A DNA stretch of 64,000 bases. Source: an uncultured Verrucomicrobiae bacterium (GTDB taxonomy: Bacteria; Chlamydiota; Chlamydiia; Chlamydiales; Rhabdochlamydiaceae). Where the stretch lies: assembly GCA_963806855.1 (NCBI GenBank), contig CAWDYW010000001.1, positions 1,385,275-1,449,274 of the forward strand, read 5' to 3'. The translations under genes were made by a program, and so were the position numbers. The stretch's first letter is position 1. Each line of letters starts with the position of its first letter. The notes under the pieces are model-generated. The model ran no database searches, was not told the DNA's origin, and worked only from the letters and a program-made list of their open reading frames with translations. Shown here one piece after another: positions 1-9,092 of this stretch.

Positions 1-1
1 T

Positions 2-628
2 CAGGTTCGGCTCCTTGGGTTTCCCGTCGGAACGATGAGCGACTTTGAGAGAAGAAAAGAGCTCTATAATGACCCAGAGGGACAGAGTTTGCTCATTTTT
101 ATCGACAACTACCATCCCTTTGAGATCTACACCTCGTTCGTCAATGCTCTCGACCAAAGCAACCTCTATTATGACCTGACTATGACCAAGTTGATCCCCT
201 ATGACCTAGATGAGGGAATGCACGTTATCCGCACTTTCCCTGCCCGTTCCTATGGAGAAAGCCTGAAAAACCCCCTCTGCTTTCAAGCCCGAGTTTTCTA
301 TATAGGCTCGCAAGAGAATAATCTAGACGTCGATCTGAACGCCCCCTATTTGACCTACAACGAGCCGCTCGAAACACTCACCTATGAAGCTGGGAAACCG
401 CTCCTGCTCGACTTTTATCTCTCTAACATCCAGCTTTCGCAAGATGGTTATAAGGTGAAAGTGACGATCGATGGCTCGGTGCAGAGGATCCTCACCAGTT
501 GGACCCCCTATTTCATCTATGGGCTCAAAAGCGGGCAGCACAAAATTCGGCTGCAGCTGCTGGATGGGCAAAACCAGGTGGCGCCGGGGATTTTTAACGA
601 CGTCGAGCGGATCATCACGATTGAGTAG
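2..628 (+). CDS. Conserved hypothetical protein, 5'-partial (two beta-rich domains)
   Basis: Frame is open from the window edge through ORF 35..628; C-terminal motifs YLTYNEP, LLLDFYLSN, WTPYFIYGL look like a conserved globular protein. Confidence 0.7.
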   Translation, partial: QVRLLGFPVGTMSDFERRKELYNDPEGQSLLIFIDNYHPFEIYTSFVNALDQSNLYYDLTMTKLIPYDLDEGMHVIRTFPARSYGESLKNPLCFQARVFYIGSQENNLDVDLNAPYLTYNEPLETLTYEAGKPLLLDFYLSNIQLSQDGYKVKVTIDGSVQRILTSWTPYFIYGLKSGQHKIRLQLLDGQNQVAPGIFNDVERIITIE

Positions 629-629
629 A

Positions 630-738
630 TCAGCCATTTTTAAACGCAAAGACGCGAAGGCGCAAAGACGCAGAAAAATTTAGTATTTTTTTATTGCGTC
701 TTTGCGCCTTCGGCGTCTTTGCGTTTAAAGCTGGCTGA
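630..738. repeat. REP-like inverted repeat built from 8-nt ACGCAAAG-type units; probable bidirectional terminator
   Basis: Arms 630-672 (tcagccatttttaaacgcaaagacgcgaaggcgcaaagacgca) and 695-738 are near-perfect reverse complements; lies between convergent genes. Confidence 0.9.
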
Positions 739-750
739 CCACTCCAAAGC

Positions 751-1831
751 TTAAGCCGCGGCAGAATTTTGTCGGTTGATCTTTGTATGGAAAAGGTCCC
801 AATTGAGCTCCATCCGAAAGGCATCTTCTGGAGGATCTTGGGGGCAGTAATTGGGCAGCTCTTCTTTGACTTCAAAGCCCCAGTTATCATAGAGAATTTT
901 AGCTGGATTGCTTTTGCGCACTTGTAGCTGAACCGCCGGCTTTGTTGATGAAAGACCATGGAGAATCGCATGGAGCAATTGATCTCCAATGGTCAGCATC
1001 GTCGCACCGGGATTAATGCCCAGGCCGCTAATGTTTACCTTCCCGTCATCTTGGTGATACCAGCCAAAACCGAGGATTTCTCTGCTCCCCTTCTTTCTCG
1101 CAATCACGCAGCCACTCCCTGGCTTGGCTAATTCAGTTTTTAGATATTCTTTGGAATAGGTGTAAGTTTTCCCCATACAGACTCTCTCAAGAGCCTCGAC
1201 TTGCTCTAAATCGCTCTCATTGCTTAGATTCAGCTCTTCTATCTGGAACTGGGCGAGTTTTCCTTCTAATCGGTCGAGCTCCATGCTGAAATCCAGTTCA
1301 ATCGTCTCTCCATCGGCATTCATCACTTTGGTATGGTTGAGATGCTCCAAGAATACCTTCCACACTTTCCTTAGATCCTCACGCTGAGACATATTGACCT
1401 TTTCCCCAAAGAAGGTGAGGGCATTGTGGAGCATGTGGTTTTGATAGGTTTGACCAAAACGGTCGAGCGGATAAGTTAGAAAATTCTTTAAACCTTTAAA
1501 TTTATCTTCGGTTCTTTCATCTTTCCCCAGCTGTCTGTAGACATTCCTCAAGGTATCGAGCCGGTACTGGGCGATTTTGGAGGGAAAGGGGACCAAATAA
1601 GAAAAGAAAGACCGCCGCTCCCCCCACAACTGCCCCGCCGATGGCTCCAGCTGTCACAGAAAAGCCTAGCTCAGCCAGTCCAAGACTGAGGCCAATCACA
1701 CCGCCAAAGCTGGTGATCGCCGCTATGAGCACTACCCGTGAGATCAGCTTAATGAGCTCTGTATAATGTTCCTCAGGGATAGGGAGAGGCTCAATAGGTT
1801 CATAGGATTGTTGATTAGATACCGCTTCCAC
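751..1831 (-). CDS. Membrane-anchored GNAT (RimI-like) acetyltransferase, split by one frameshift
   Basis: ORF 1517..1831 gives the N-terminus with two hydrophobic segments; ORF 751..1629 gives a C-terminal GNAT domain (ILGFGW, LQVRKSNPAKILYDNWGF, YCPQDPPEDAFRM); frames join at G/A runs near 1580-1593. Confidence 0.7.
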
Positions 1832-1861
1832 GGGTATATTTTAGCATAAATTGAACTGAAA

Positions 1862-2674
1862 ATGCATCTTTTAAAAAAAATTGTACTATTTTGCCTCGCT
1901 ATGGTGACCCTCCATTACCTCTGCCGCACCCAAACGGATGGCTTTTCAAGGCTTAAGGTAGAGGCCGACCTGCCTTACGAGGCCAGTTGGGAGGGGGCCT
2001 CTATACCTGATCAGCCCTTCACCTACCTGGGCTGCGGGGCACAAACGTTTGCCTTTGTCTCACAAGATGGTCAGACTGTGATCAAATTCTATCGGCACCA
2101 TCGCTCTCGACATCCCCTTGCTTTTCTGGCGCCGCTTCTTCCCCGTCTGCAGCAGACAATAGCCAAGAGACAGGCCAAGCGGGCGAAGGATTTTGCCAGC
2201 TATCGGCTCGCCTTTGAGAAGCTTCGCGATGAGACGGGGCTGATTAGCATCCATCTCGGCAAGACAGACCAAATCCAAAAACGTCTGAAAATCTACGACA
2301 AGCTCGGCATCGAGCACTCAGTAGATCTCGATCAAATGACGTTTCTTCTGCAACGAAAGGCGACCCCATTTTACGCCACTTTGGAAGAGTGGATCGATAC
2401 GGGCTGCGAGACACAAGCCAAACAGGGAATTACTGAACTCATCTCTCTTCTACGAAGCCGATGCCAAAAAGGGATCTTCGACAAAGACCCCGACCTGCGC
2501 ACCAACTTTGGCTTTTTGGATGGCCACCCGATTCAATTCGACGTAGGACGCTTTAAAAATGAGCCTGAGCGGATCGAGGCCGGTGAACTCGTCCGGATCA
2601 CCGATTCGCTTAAAGGTTGGCTAAACGAAAAGGCGCCGCACCTAGCGGCCTATTTAGAAGAGGAGTTAAAATGA
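1862..2674 (+). CDS. Membrane-anchored atypical kinase-like protein, paralog 1 of 6
   Basis: Hydrophobic N-terminus + TDGF; YLGCGAQ Gly loop, VIKF lysine, GIFDKDPDLRTNFGF, QFDVGRF. Confidence 0.75.
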   Translation: MHLLKKIVLFCLAMVTLHYLCRTQTDGFSRLKVEADLPYEASWEGASIPDQPFTYLGCGAQTFAFVSQDGQTVIKFYRHHRSRHPLAFLAPLLPRLQQTIAKRQAKRAKDFASYRLAFEKLRDETGLISIHLGKTDQIQKRLKIYDKLGIEHSVDLDQMTFLLQRKATPFYATLEEWIDTGCETQAKQGITELISLLRSRCQKGIFDKDPDLRTNFGFLDGHPIQFDVGRFKNEPERIEAGELVRITDSLKGWLNEKAPHLAAYLEEELK

Positions 2675-3414
2675 TTAAGCGATTTATTTTCTTATCTCTG
2701 GCCTTCTGTGCTCTTGCCCCATTTTGCCAAAAGCAGACCGATGGTTTTGCAGTAGGAAAAGTGTCGACCCTTTTACTCGATGGAAGGAGCTCTGAGATGA
2801 GCATCCCCGCGCAGACTTTTCGCTACCTTGGCAAAGGGGGGCAGAGCTATGTTTTTGTCTCTGAGGATAACCGGTATATCCTCAAACTCTTCCGCAGCTC
2901 AAGGCTCAATACCCTCAAGTTCTTCCTCCCATTTAGAAAGACGAAAATCGAACTCCTTGAAAACGATCTTAGAGAGACACTCCAGAGCTACTTGATCGCG
3001 GGCACCTACCTCAAAGAAGAAACGGGCCTTGTCGCCATCCATCTCGACCACACCCCCATCCTCCCCTTCAAATCGTCGACAAGTTGGGCATCGTCCATAC
3101 CCTCACTAACTGCCCTTTTGTTATCCAAGAGAGGGCGATTTTAGTGAAGGAGAAGATTGCAGGCGAACCTGAGAAGGCGAAAGCGGCCTTGGCAAACTTA
3201 GAGGCCCTCATTCAACATCGGATTGAACTGGGGATTTATGATGGAGATCCGAATTTGATCAAAAATTTTGGGTTTTGTGGCAATCGAGCCGATCCAGATT
3301 GACGGGGGCCGCTTCTCCTTATCTCCTCTGCCCGAAAATGACAAGCTAGAGTCCTCCAGAAAAGAACTCCTAAACTGGATCGAAGAACAGGGAGGGCTCT
3401 ATGAAGCGATTTGA
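2671..3414 (+). CDS. Kinase-like paralog 2 of 6 (two frameshifts, ~3065 and ~3290)
   Basis: ATG overlaps the paralog 1 stop (ATGA); YLGKGGQ, ILKLF, GIYDGDPNLIKNFGF, PIQIDGGRF are spread over successive frames; TGA at 3412-3414. Confidence 0.7.
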
Positions 3415-4237
3415 CCTCTCCCTGCGACTCATCCTCATTCTCACTCTCTTTGTCGCCACCGCCCGCTGGACCCGCAAAATTACCGAAGGGTTCACAATCG
3501 CCACTATCCACTCCCAATATCCCTACAATCCCAACTGGGAAGTGCAAAATCCTCCCCTACCCGATATTTTTGATCAGCGCTTCACCTTTCTCGGCTCTGG
3601 GGGGCAATGTTTTGCCTTTCTCTCCGAGGATGGGGCCTATGTGCTCAAGTTCTTCAAGAACCACTTAAATCGGGTGCTCCCTTGGCAAAAGGGGCGAAAA
3701 CTGAAACTCGAGAGAAAATTAAGTCGCGATTTTGCAAGCTACAAGCTCGCCATGGAGAAATTGCCCGAGGATACCGGCCTGCTCTATGTCCATCTCAATA
3801 AAACCGACTCCCTGCAAAAGAGGGCCCACATCGTCGATAAATTGGGCATCGAGCATCAGGTAGACCTCGATCAGGTGGATTTCATCCTGCAAAGAAGAGC
3901 GGAGATGACCTACCCCCATTTGCTCCAGCTCGTGCAAAACAACGATCTTGCGGGTGCCAAGGAAGCGATCGACTCGATTTGCCACTTGATCATCGGCCGC
4001 TGCCAAAAAGGGATACACGACGAAGATGCCAAAATCCACCGCAACTGCGGTTTCATCGGCAATCGGGCGATCATCATCGACGTTGGCAGGTTCAAAGAGG
4101 ACCCCAGGCGGATCGATCCAGCCGTCCAAAGAAGCGATTTTGCCGAGTGCACCCAAAAGTTAAACCGCTATTTAGAGGAGATTTCTCCTGAACTGGCCCA
4201 ATATTTCGAGGAAAATTATGCGAAAACTCTTCATTAG
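3401..4237 (+). CDS. Kinase-like paralog 3 of 6
   Basis: FLGSGGQ, VLKFFK, GIHDEDAKIHRNCGF, IIDVGRF; N-terminal hydrophobic helix; GGAGG upstream. Confidence 0.75.
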   Translation: MKRFDLSLRLILILTLFVATARWTRKITEGFTIATIHSQYPYNPNWEVQNPPLPDIFDQRFTFLGSGGQCFAFLSEDGAYVLKFFKNHLNRVLPWQKGRKLKLERKLSRDFASYKLAMEKLPEDTGLLYVHLNKTDSLQKRAHIVDKLGIEHQVDLDQVDFILQRRAEMTYPHLLQLVQNNDLAGAKEAIDSICHLIIGRCQKGIHDEDAKIHRNCGFIGNRAIIIDVGRFKEDPRRIDPAVQRSDFAECTQKLNRYLEEISPELAQYFEENYAKTLH

Positions 4238-5036
4238 CCTGCTCATTTTTGTCGCCCTCGAGCGGTTTTGCTACTGGCAGACCGACGGATTTCGCTTTGC
4301 CAAAGTGGCGACGACCCATCAATACCCCTTCTCCTCCCCTTTTAAACCCCCTCCAGCCTGTTTGCAGCAGTCTTTTCATTATTTGGGCAAGGGTGTACAA
4401 TTCTATGTGTTTATGGGAGAGGATCAGCAGACCATTTTAAAGCTCTTTAAGCACCATCACGCCGGCTTTTCGACCGATATCGTGCAATACCTCTTTCCTT
4501 CCATTATGGAAAAGAGAGAAAACCGGGTCCTCCGGCTGCTCAAGAGCGCGGACATTGCCCAAAAAGAGCTCCCAGAAGAGACTGCCGTCTTCTATACCCA
4601 TCTATCCAAAAGCGATCATCACCTTGGGAAAATCAAGATCTACGACAAGCTGGGCATCGTCCATGAGCTCGATCTCGACCAGACCGAATTTCTTCTACAA
4701 CAACGGGCAGTCCCCCTTGAGCAAAAGCTGCACGCCCTCTTTCACTTGAGCCAAACCGAAAAAGCGATTAGGGCCATGCAAAGCACCCTGAAACTTCTCG
4801 ATGACCGGGCAACCAAAGGGATCAAAAATAAAGATGCCCGCATCTTGAGAAACTGTGGATTTATCGGTGACGAAGCGGTCGAGATCGACGTAGGCTCCTA
4901 TGTCTATTCCGGCAACCACCACGCATCGAAACGGGCCAAGGCAAAAGCCACTTCGAAATTGCTTCAGTTCGTCAAAACCCATTATCCAGACCAGCTTGAG
5001 TTATGCCAGGAGGGGCTGCGTGAGAGTGGCAATTAG
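4218..5036 (+). CDS. Kinase-like paralog 4 of 6
   Basis: YLGKGVQ, ILKLFK, GIKNKDARILRNCGF, EIDVGSY; N-terminal hydrophobic helix. Confidence 0.75.
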   Translation: MRKLFISLLIFVALERFCYWQTDGFRFAKVATTHQYPFSSPFKPPPACLQQSFHYLGKGVQFYVFMGEDQQTILKLFKHHHAGFSTDIVQYLFPSIMEKRENRVLRLLKSADIAQKELPEETAVFYTHLSKSDHHLGKIKIYDKLGIVHELDLDQTEFLLQQRAVPLEQKLHALFHLSQTEKAIRAMQSTLKLLDDRATKGIKNKDARILRNCGFIGDEAVEIDVGSYVYSGNHHASKRAKAKATSKLLQFVKTHYPDQLELCQEGLRESGN

Positions 5037-5806
5037 AGTCTTCATCGCGCTGGTGTTGCTAGTTGGGCTCGAGCGGCTGATCCGGACCCAAACACGGGGA
5101 TTCCGCATCGATAAGACCATCGCCGAATATCCCTACAATCCGGCTTGGAGTATAGATGCCCCTGTACCAAAGGAGCTAAATCAAAAGTTCTATTTCCTCG
5201 GCAGTGGAGCGCAAACCTACTCCTTCATCAGCGAAGATCAAACCACCGTCCTCAAACTCTTCAAGCATTACCATTGCTGGCCCAGTTCAAGAATACTTAA
5301 AAAACTTCCCGGGTCATGGAAAGCGCTCCCAAAGCGAGAGCAGCGGATGAAGAGCATTTTCGAGAGCGTGCTGCTCGCCTACAAAAAGCTGCCCGAAGAG
5401 ACCCAAATCTTTCACCTTAGCCTCAACCCCCAAGAAAAGCACTATCCTTCCATCATCCTCTTCGACAAAATTGGGATCCGCTACATCGTCGACCTCAATC
5501 AACCCCCTTCGTGCTGCAAAAGAAAGCCGAGCTACTCTACCCCTATCTGGAGCAGCATCCCGATGAGGCCAAAGCAATCATCGACTCATTTTTCACTTGC
5601 CTACGGACCCGAGTGCGCCAAGGAATTGCCAACTCTGACGATCATGTGGGCCGCAATTTTGGCGTGTGCGATGGAAAAGTGGTCCAATTCGACATCGGCT
5701 CCTATTTTTTCGGCCAGCCGTCGGAGCAAAACACGCTCGAATTGAGAATTGGATCATCAAAAACAGACCCGACCTAGAAGGACATTTCAATGAAAACCGC
5801 CTTTAA
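5020..5806 (+). CDS. Kinase-like paralog 5 of 6 (two frameshifts, ~5507 and ~5745)
   Basis: GTG at 5020 after GGAGG; FLGSGAQ, VLKLFK; then GIANSDDHVGRNFGV, QFDIGSY in ORF 5511..5777; NWIIKNRPDL tail in another frame ending TAA 5804-5806. Confidence 0.65.
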
Positions 5807-6647
5807 AATCCTCCTCTTCATCGGCCTCTTCATCGCCACAGAGCGATTCTGCCACAAAAAGACCCATGGGTTTCGGCTCAACAAAATCACCTCCGACCTC
5901 CCCCGCGATCCCGCGCTCGAAGTTGAGTGCGACTTCGACCCCAAAATCCTCGCCCAGCGCTACCACTTCCTCGATAGCGGGGGCGAGTGCTACGCCTTCC
6001 TCTCTGAAGATGGCCACTACGTACTCAAATTCTTCAAGCACCACCATATGCGCCTCCACAGCCCCCTCGATCCGTTCCTTCCCCAATGGGAGCTCGACCG
6101 ACGCAAGATGCGCTATCACCGCTTTTTCAAAAGCTGCAAACTGGCCTATGAACACTTTCGCAAAGAGACAGGCCTCCTCTTTGTCCACCTCACCAAAAGC
6201 CAAAATCTGCAGACCAAACTGATCATCACCGATCCCAATCACATCGCCCACCAGGTCGACCTCGATCAGCTCGAATTCACCATCCAGAAAAAAGTGACCA
6301 TGGCCAAACCGCTGCTCACCACCCTCGCCAAAGCTGATGAGCTCGAAGAAGCTAAAGCCCGCCTTGACACCCTCCTAGCCCTCATCGTCGACCGTTGCAA
6401 AGCGGGCCTTGCCGACCACGATGCCCAGCTGCGCAACTTTGGATTCATCGGCCAAGAAGCGATCGAAGTGGACCTCGGCTCCTTTTCTCCTGACGAATCG
6501 CTCAAAACCCTTCCCGGAATCAAACGGACCCTCCTCCATGAGACCACGAAAATGCGCAAATGGATCAAAACCACCTACCCCGAGCTCGAAGAGCACCTGG
6601 ATGAAAAAGTCAAAGAATTCTTGCAAGGGAATTCACAAATTTTGTAG
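5790..6647 (+). CDS. Kinase-like paralog 6 of 6
   Basis: FLDSGGE, VLKFFK, GLADHDAQLRNFGF, EVDLGSF; N-terminal hydrophobic helix + THGF. Confidence 0.75.
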   Translation: MKTAFKILLFIGLFIATERFCHKKTHGFRLNKITSDLPRDPALEVECDFDPKILAQRYHFLDSGGECYAFLSEDGHYVLKFFKHHHMRLHSPLDPFLPQWELDRRKMRYHRFFKSCKLAYEHFRKETGLLFVHLTKSQNLQTKLIITDPNHIAHQVDLDQLEFTIQKKVTMAKPLLTTLAKADELEEAKARLDTLLALIVDRCKAGLADHDAQLRNFGFIGQEAIEVDLGSFSPDESLKTLPGIKRTLLHETTKMRKWIKTTYPELEEHLDEKVKEFLQGNSQIL

Positions 6648-6681
6648 AGTTCGTAAAAGATTAATTCAAAGGGAGGTCTTC

Positions 6682-7122
6682 ATGAGCGATGAACACAAAA
6701 AAATGGAGCCAAAATCCTTTTGGTCCTTTCCACGATTCCGCCATCCCTTTTCCCTCTTTGAAAACATCGAGGACGATTGGGATGTGCATGAATTCACCAG
6801 CCCATCTGGCCTCAGCATCTCCGAAGACAACGAACATATCTACGTCGAAGCGGCCCTGCCCGGCATCAGCCCCGAAGAGATCGAGATGATTTTCGATAAA
6901 GGGGTCCTCTGGATCAAGGCCGAGAAGCGGGAAGAGACCGAAGACAAAAAGAAAAAATTTTACCGCAAAGCGATGTGCTCCTTCTCCTACCGGATCGCCG
7001 TCCCCGGAGATATCGACGAGTCGAAACAACCCGATGCCCTCTGCCAAAAAGGCATCCTCAAAGTGACCTTCTCCAAGACCAAGAAAGGCACCTCTAAAAA
7101 AATCCCTGTTAAGGGTGGATGA
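6682..7122 (+). CDS. Small heat-shock protein (Hsp20/alpha-crystallin)
   Basis: GGAGG then ATG at 6682; EAALPGISPEEIE, FSYRIAVPGDID, KGILKVTFSK motifs. Confidence 0.9.
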   Translation: MSDEHKKMEPKSFWSFPRFRHPFSLFENIEDDWDVHEFTSPSGLSISEDNEHIYVEAALPGISPEEIEMIFDKGVLWIKAEKREETEDKKKKFYRKAMCSFSYRIAVPGDIDESKQPDALCQKGILKVTFSKTKKGTSKKIPVKGG

Positions 7123-7171
7123 GAATCACTTAAGTCACTAAAATACAGCCCTTTATTAATTAAAAAAATCG

Positions 7172-7200
7172 TTGACAATAACACAGTCAATTGATATAAT
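7172..7200 (+). promoter_or_regulatory. Consensus sigma70/sigma66 promoter
   Basis: TTGACA (7172-7177), 17 bp, TATAAT (7195-7200); AAGGAG RBS before ATG 7229. Confidence 0.85.
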
Positions 7201-7228
7201 TAAACTTGATTAATTTTAAAGGAGTAAT

Positions 7229-7534
7229 ATGATTGATTTGACCCCATTATCTAAATTTTCCTCTGTTTTCGTAGCGACATCGCTTTTACACTATCGTACT
7301 TACCCGCCCGTTTCTGACATTTATCGCACCGGCTTCCTTATATCTGCTACAATCGCTGGCGTAATAGCACTTACCTCTGATCCTAAATTGGACCTAACTC
7401 CATTAAACCAAAAAGTCATTTTACCTCTTCTATGTGCAGGATTTTCATCTCTCACTATGATCTTTTGGTGCAAGCTAAGCCCGGCACTACCGCTACTTCC
7501 ACCACTACCGCCACAACGAATGGCAGAATCATAG
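7229..7534 (+). CDS. Small hydrophobic hypothetical protein
   Basis: Good promoter and RBS; several hydrophobic segments, Pro-rich tail. Confidence 0.65.
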   Translation: MIDLTPLSKFSSVFVATSLLHYRTYPPVSDIYRTGFLISATIAGVIALTSDPKLDLTPLNQKVILPLLCAGFSSLTMIFWCKLSPALPLLPPLPPQRMAES

Positions 7535-7580
7535 AAGAGATTTCTATAAATAATATTTATCTTTCAGGTTAGACTACATT

Positions 7581-7844
7581 TTGCTTATACTGATGAGCAT
7601 GATAAGTGCGAATATCAACACTTTAGTTGAAAAATACCAGGACCCTATAAAAGCGATTGCTACTATCTCAGGGACTACTCTGGCAGCTTTAAGTTCGAAT
7701 TCTCCAGCATTACTCATGACAGTCTCAACTATTTCCGGTTTCATGGGAGCTGCATGTAGCGGATTAATAGCAGCAGAACTTTTAGTTAGTGTAGATGAAA
7801 GACCAAGAAAAACTATGATGCATTATGGATTGCCCCCTACTTAA
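7581..7844 (+). CDS. Small hydrophobic hypothetical protein
   Basis: ORF with a long bilobed hydrophobic stretch; start uncertain. Confidence 0.45.
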   Translation: MLILMSMISANINTLVEKYQDPIKAIATISGTTLAALSSNSPALLMTVSTISGFMGAACSGLIAAELLVSVDERPRKTMMHYGLPPT

Positions 7845-7885
7845 TCGCTTCGGCACTCACTTCACAACGCACTGACATATCTCTC

Positions 7886-8083
7886 ATGGTCGTCACGTCC
7901 GCATTTTCAATTGGCTTCATCTTTGGAAGTGCACTTTATTTTTTACACAATACTATTGTAGTACGTAAAGATGCCCTGAAAAAATCTTTTGTTGGATTGG
8001 TGGTAGTTATGAGTATCCTCTGTGCTCTAAAGCAAACCCCAGAAGATTACAAGAACAAGGAAGCTGAAGTGCCTCGTAAATGA
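7886..8083 (+). CDS. Small two-TM hypothetical protein (possibly a continuation of the previous gene)
   Basis: Two hydrophobic helices; no clear RBS. Confidence 0.4.
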   Translation: MVVTSAFSIGFIFGSALYFLHNTIVVRKDALKKSFVGLVVVMSILCALKQTPEDYKNKEAEVPRK

Positions 8084-8340
8084 GGTATGATGCGGTAGGA
8101 TTGCTTCCAAGTATAAATCATGTTTGAACAGCCATGCGTTAAAGCGTTTGCTGAATCGTGGTGTAATTTTTCCGATTTCAGCTAAGGCAAGTTTCAAATG
8201 AGCATTTATTTCTTTTTGGGAGGCCATTCTAATCCCCTTCCTTTTAGACTTTTGTCCTGTTTTATGCACGCGGTGGGCTACTATCTCTCTCTTTGAACCT
8301 ATCTCAATAAAAAGTTTCAGTCGATTTTCTGGATTATTTT
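8027..8340 (-). pseudogene. Possible gene remnant (toxin-antitoxin-like fragment)
   Basis: RBS-preceded ATG at 8227 (MASQKEINAHLKLALAEIGKITP) degrades after ~40 aa; upstream coding-like fragment ends near a REP-like half repeat; family not confirmed. Confidence 0.25.
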
Positions 8341-8378
8341 GCCAAAAAAATCAAACAATTAAGGTGTATAAATTTTTT

Positions 8379-8412
8379 TTGCGTCTTTGCGTTTTTGCGT
8401 CTTTGCGTTAAA
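8379..8412. repeat. Half copy of the ACGCAAAG REP-like repeat
   Basis: ttgcgtctttgcgtttttgcgtctttgcgttaaa matches the right arm of 630-738. Confidence 0.8.
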
Positions 8413-8429
8413 ATATATCTCGATCCGAT

Positions 8430-9092
8430 ATGAACGAACTTTATTTTCTTACCCAGGTTATTATTGTCCTTTTATTTTCTTATGGGGCGCTTCGGCTCGG
8501 CCAAGGGGCTTTAACTGCCGCTGTCACCGTTCAAGCCCTCATCGCCAATCTATTCGTCCTAAAGCAGATGAATTTCCTGGGGTTTGAAGTGACCTGCAGC
8601 GACGCCTTTGCAGTCGGCAGCATCCTGAGCCTCAACCTCCTCCGCGAATATTTTGGCAAGCAGGCGGCGACCAAGGCGATCTCGATCTGCTTCTTCTTCA
8701 TGATCTTCTTTGTCGCCGTCTCGCAAGTGCAGCTCCTGTTTGTGGCGGGCCCGCACGATACCGCTCAATTTGCCTATGCCAAGCTGCTCACCCCCGCCCC
8801 GAGGCTGCTCCTCGCCTCACTTGTAGCTTTCTTTATCGTCCAGCACTTCGACGTCCGCTGTTTCGGCTGGATCTCGAACCTTCTCCCCCGCTCGTCCTTC
8901 CCTTTGCGCAGCAGCCTTTCGCTGACCATTTCGCAACTGATCGACACCATCCTCTTTAGCTTTTTAGGCCTCTACGGGATGGTCAATTCGATCGTCGACA
9001 TCCTCCTGGTCAGCTTCCTGCTCAAGGTGTGTGTCATCTTCACTTTAGGCCCCCTGATGGCCCTGATGAGGAGGTGGATGCCACGTGTTTAA
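8430..9092 (+). CDS. yhhQ: Queuosine-precursor transporter (YhhQ/VUT family)
   Basis: Multi-TM; ANLFVLKQ, LLREYFG, PRLLLASL, SQLIDTILF; overlaps tgt. Confidence 0.9.
   Translation: MNELYFLTQVIIVLLFSYGALRLGQGALTAAVTVQALIANLFVLKQMNFLGFEVTCSDAFAVGSILSLNLLREYFGKQAATKAISICFFFMIFFVAVSQVQLLFVAGPHDTAQFAYAKLLTPAPRLLLASLVAFFIVQHFDVRCFGWISNLLPRSSFPLRSSLSLTISQLIDTILFSFLGLYGMVNSIVDILLVSFLLKVCVIFTLGPLMALMRRWMPRV

Noticed and set aside
630..989. ORFs spanning the ACGCAAAG repeat (471..683, 630..989)
   Set aside because: Translations of the repeat or alternative frames of real genes
6409..6681. N-terminal extension of Hsp20
   Set aside because: Overlaps kinase paralog 6 out of frame; the RBS supports ATG 6682
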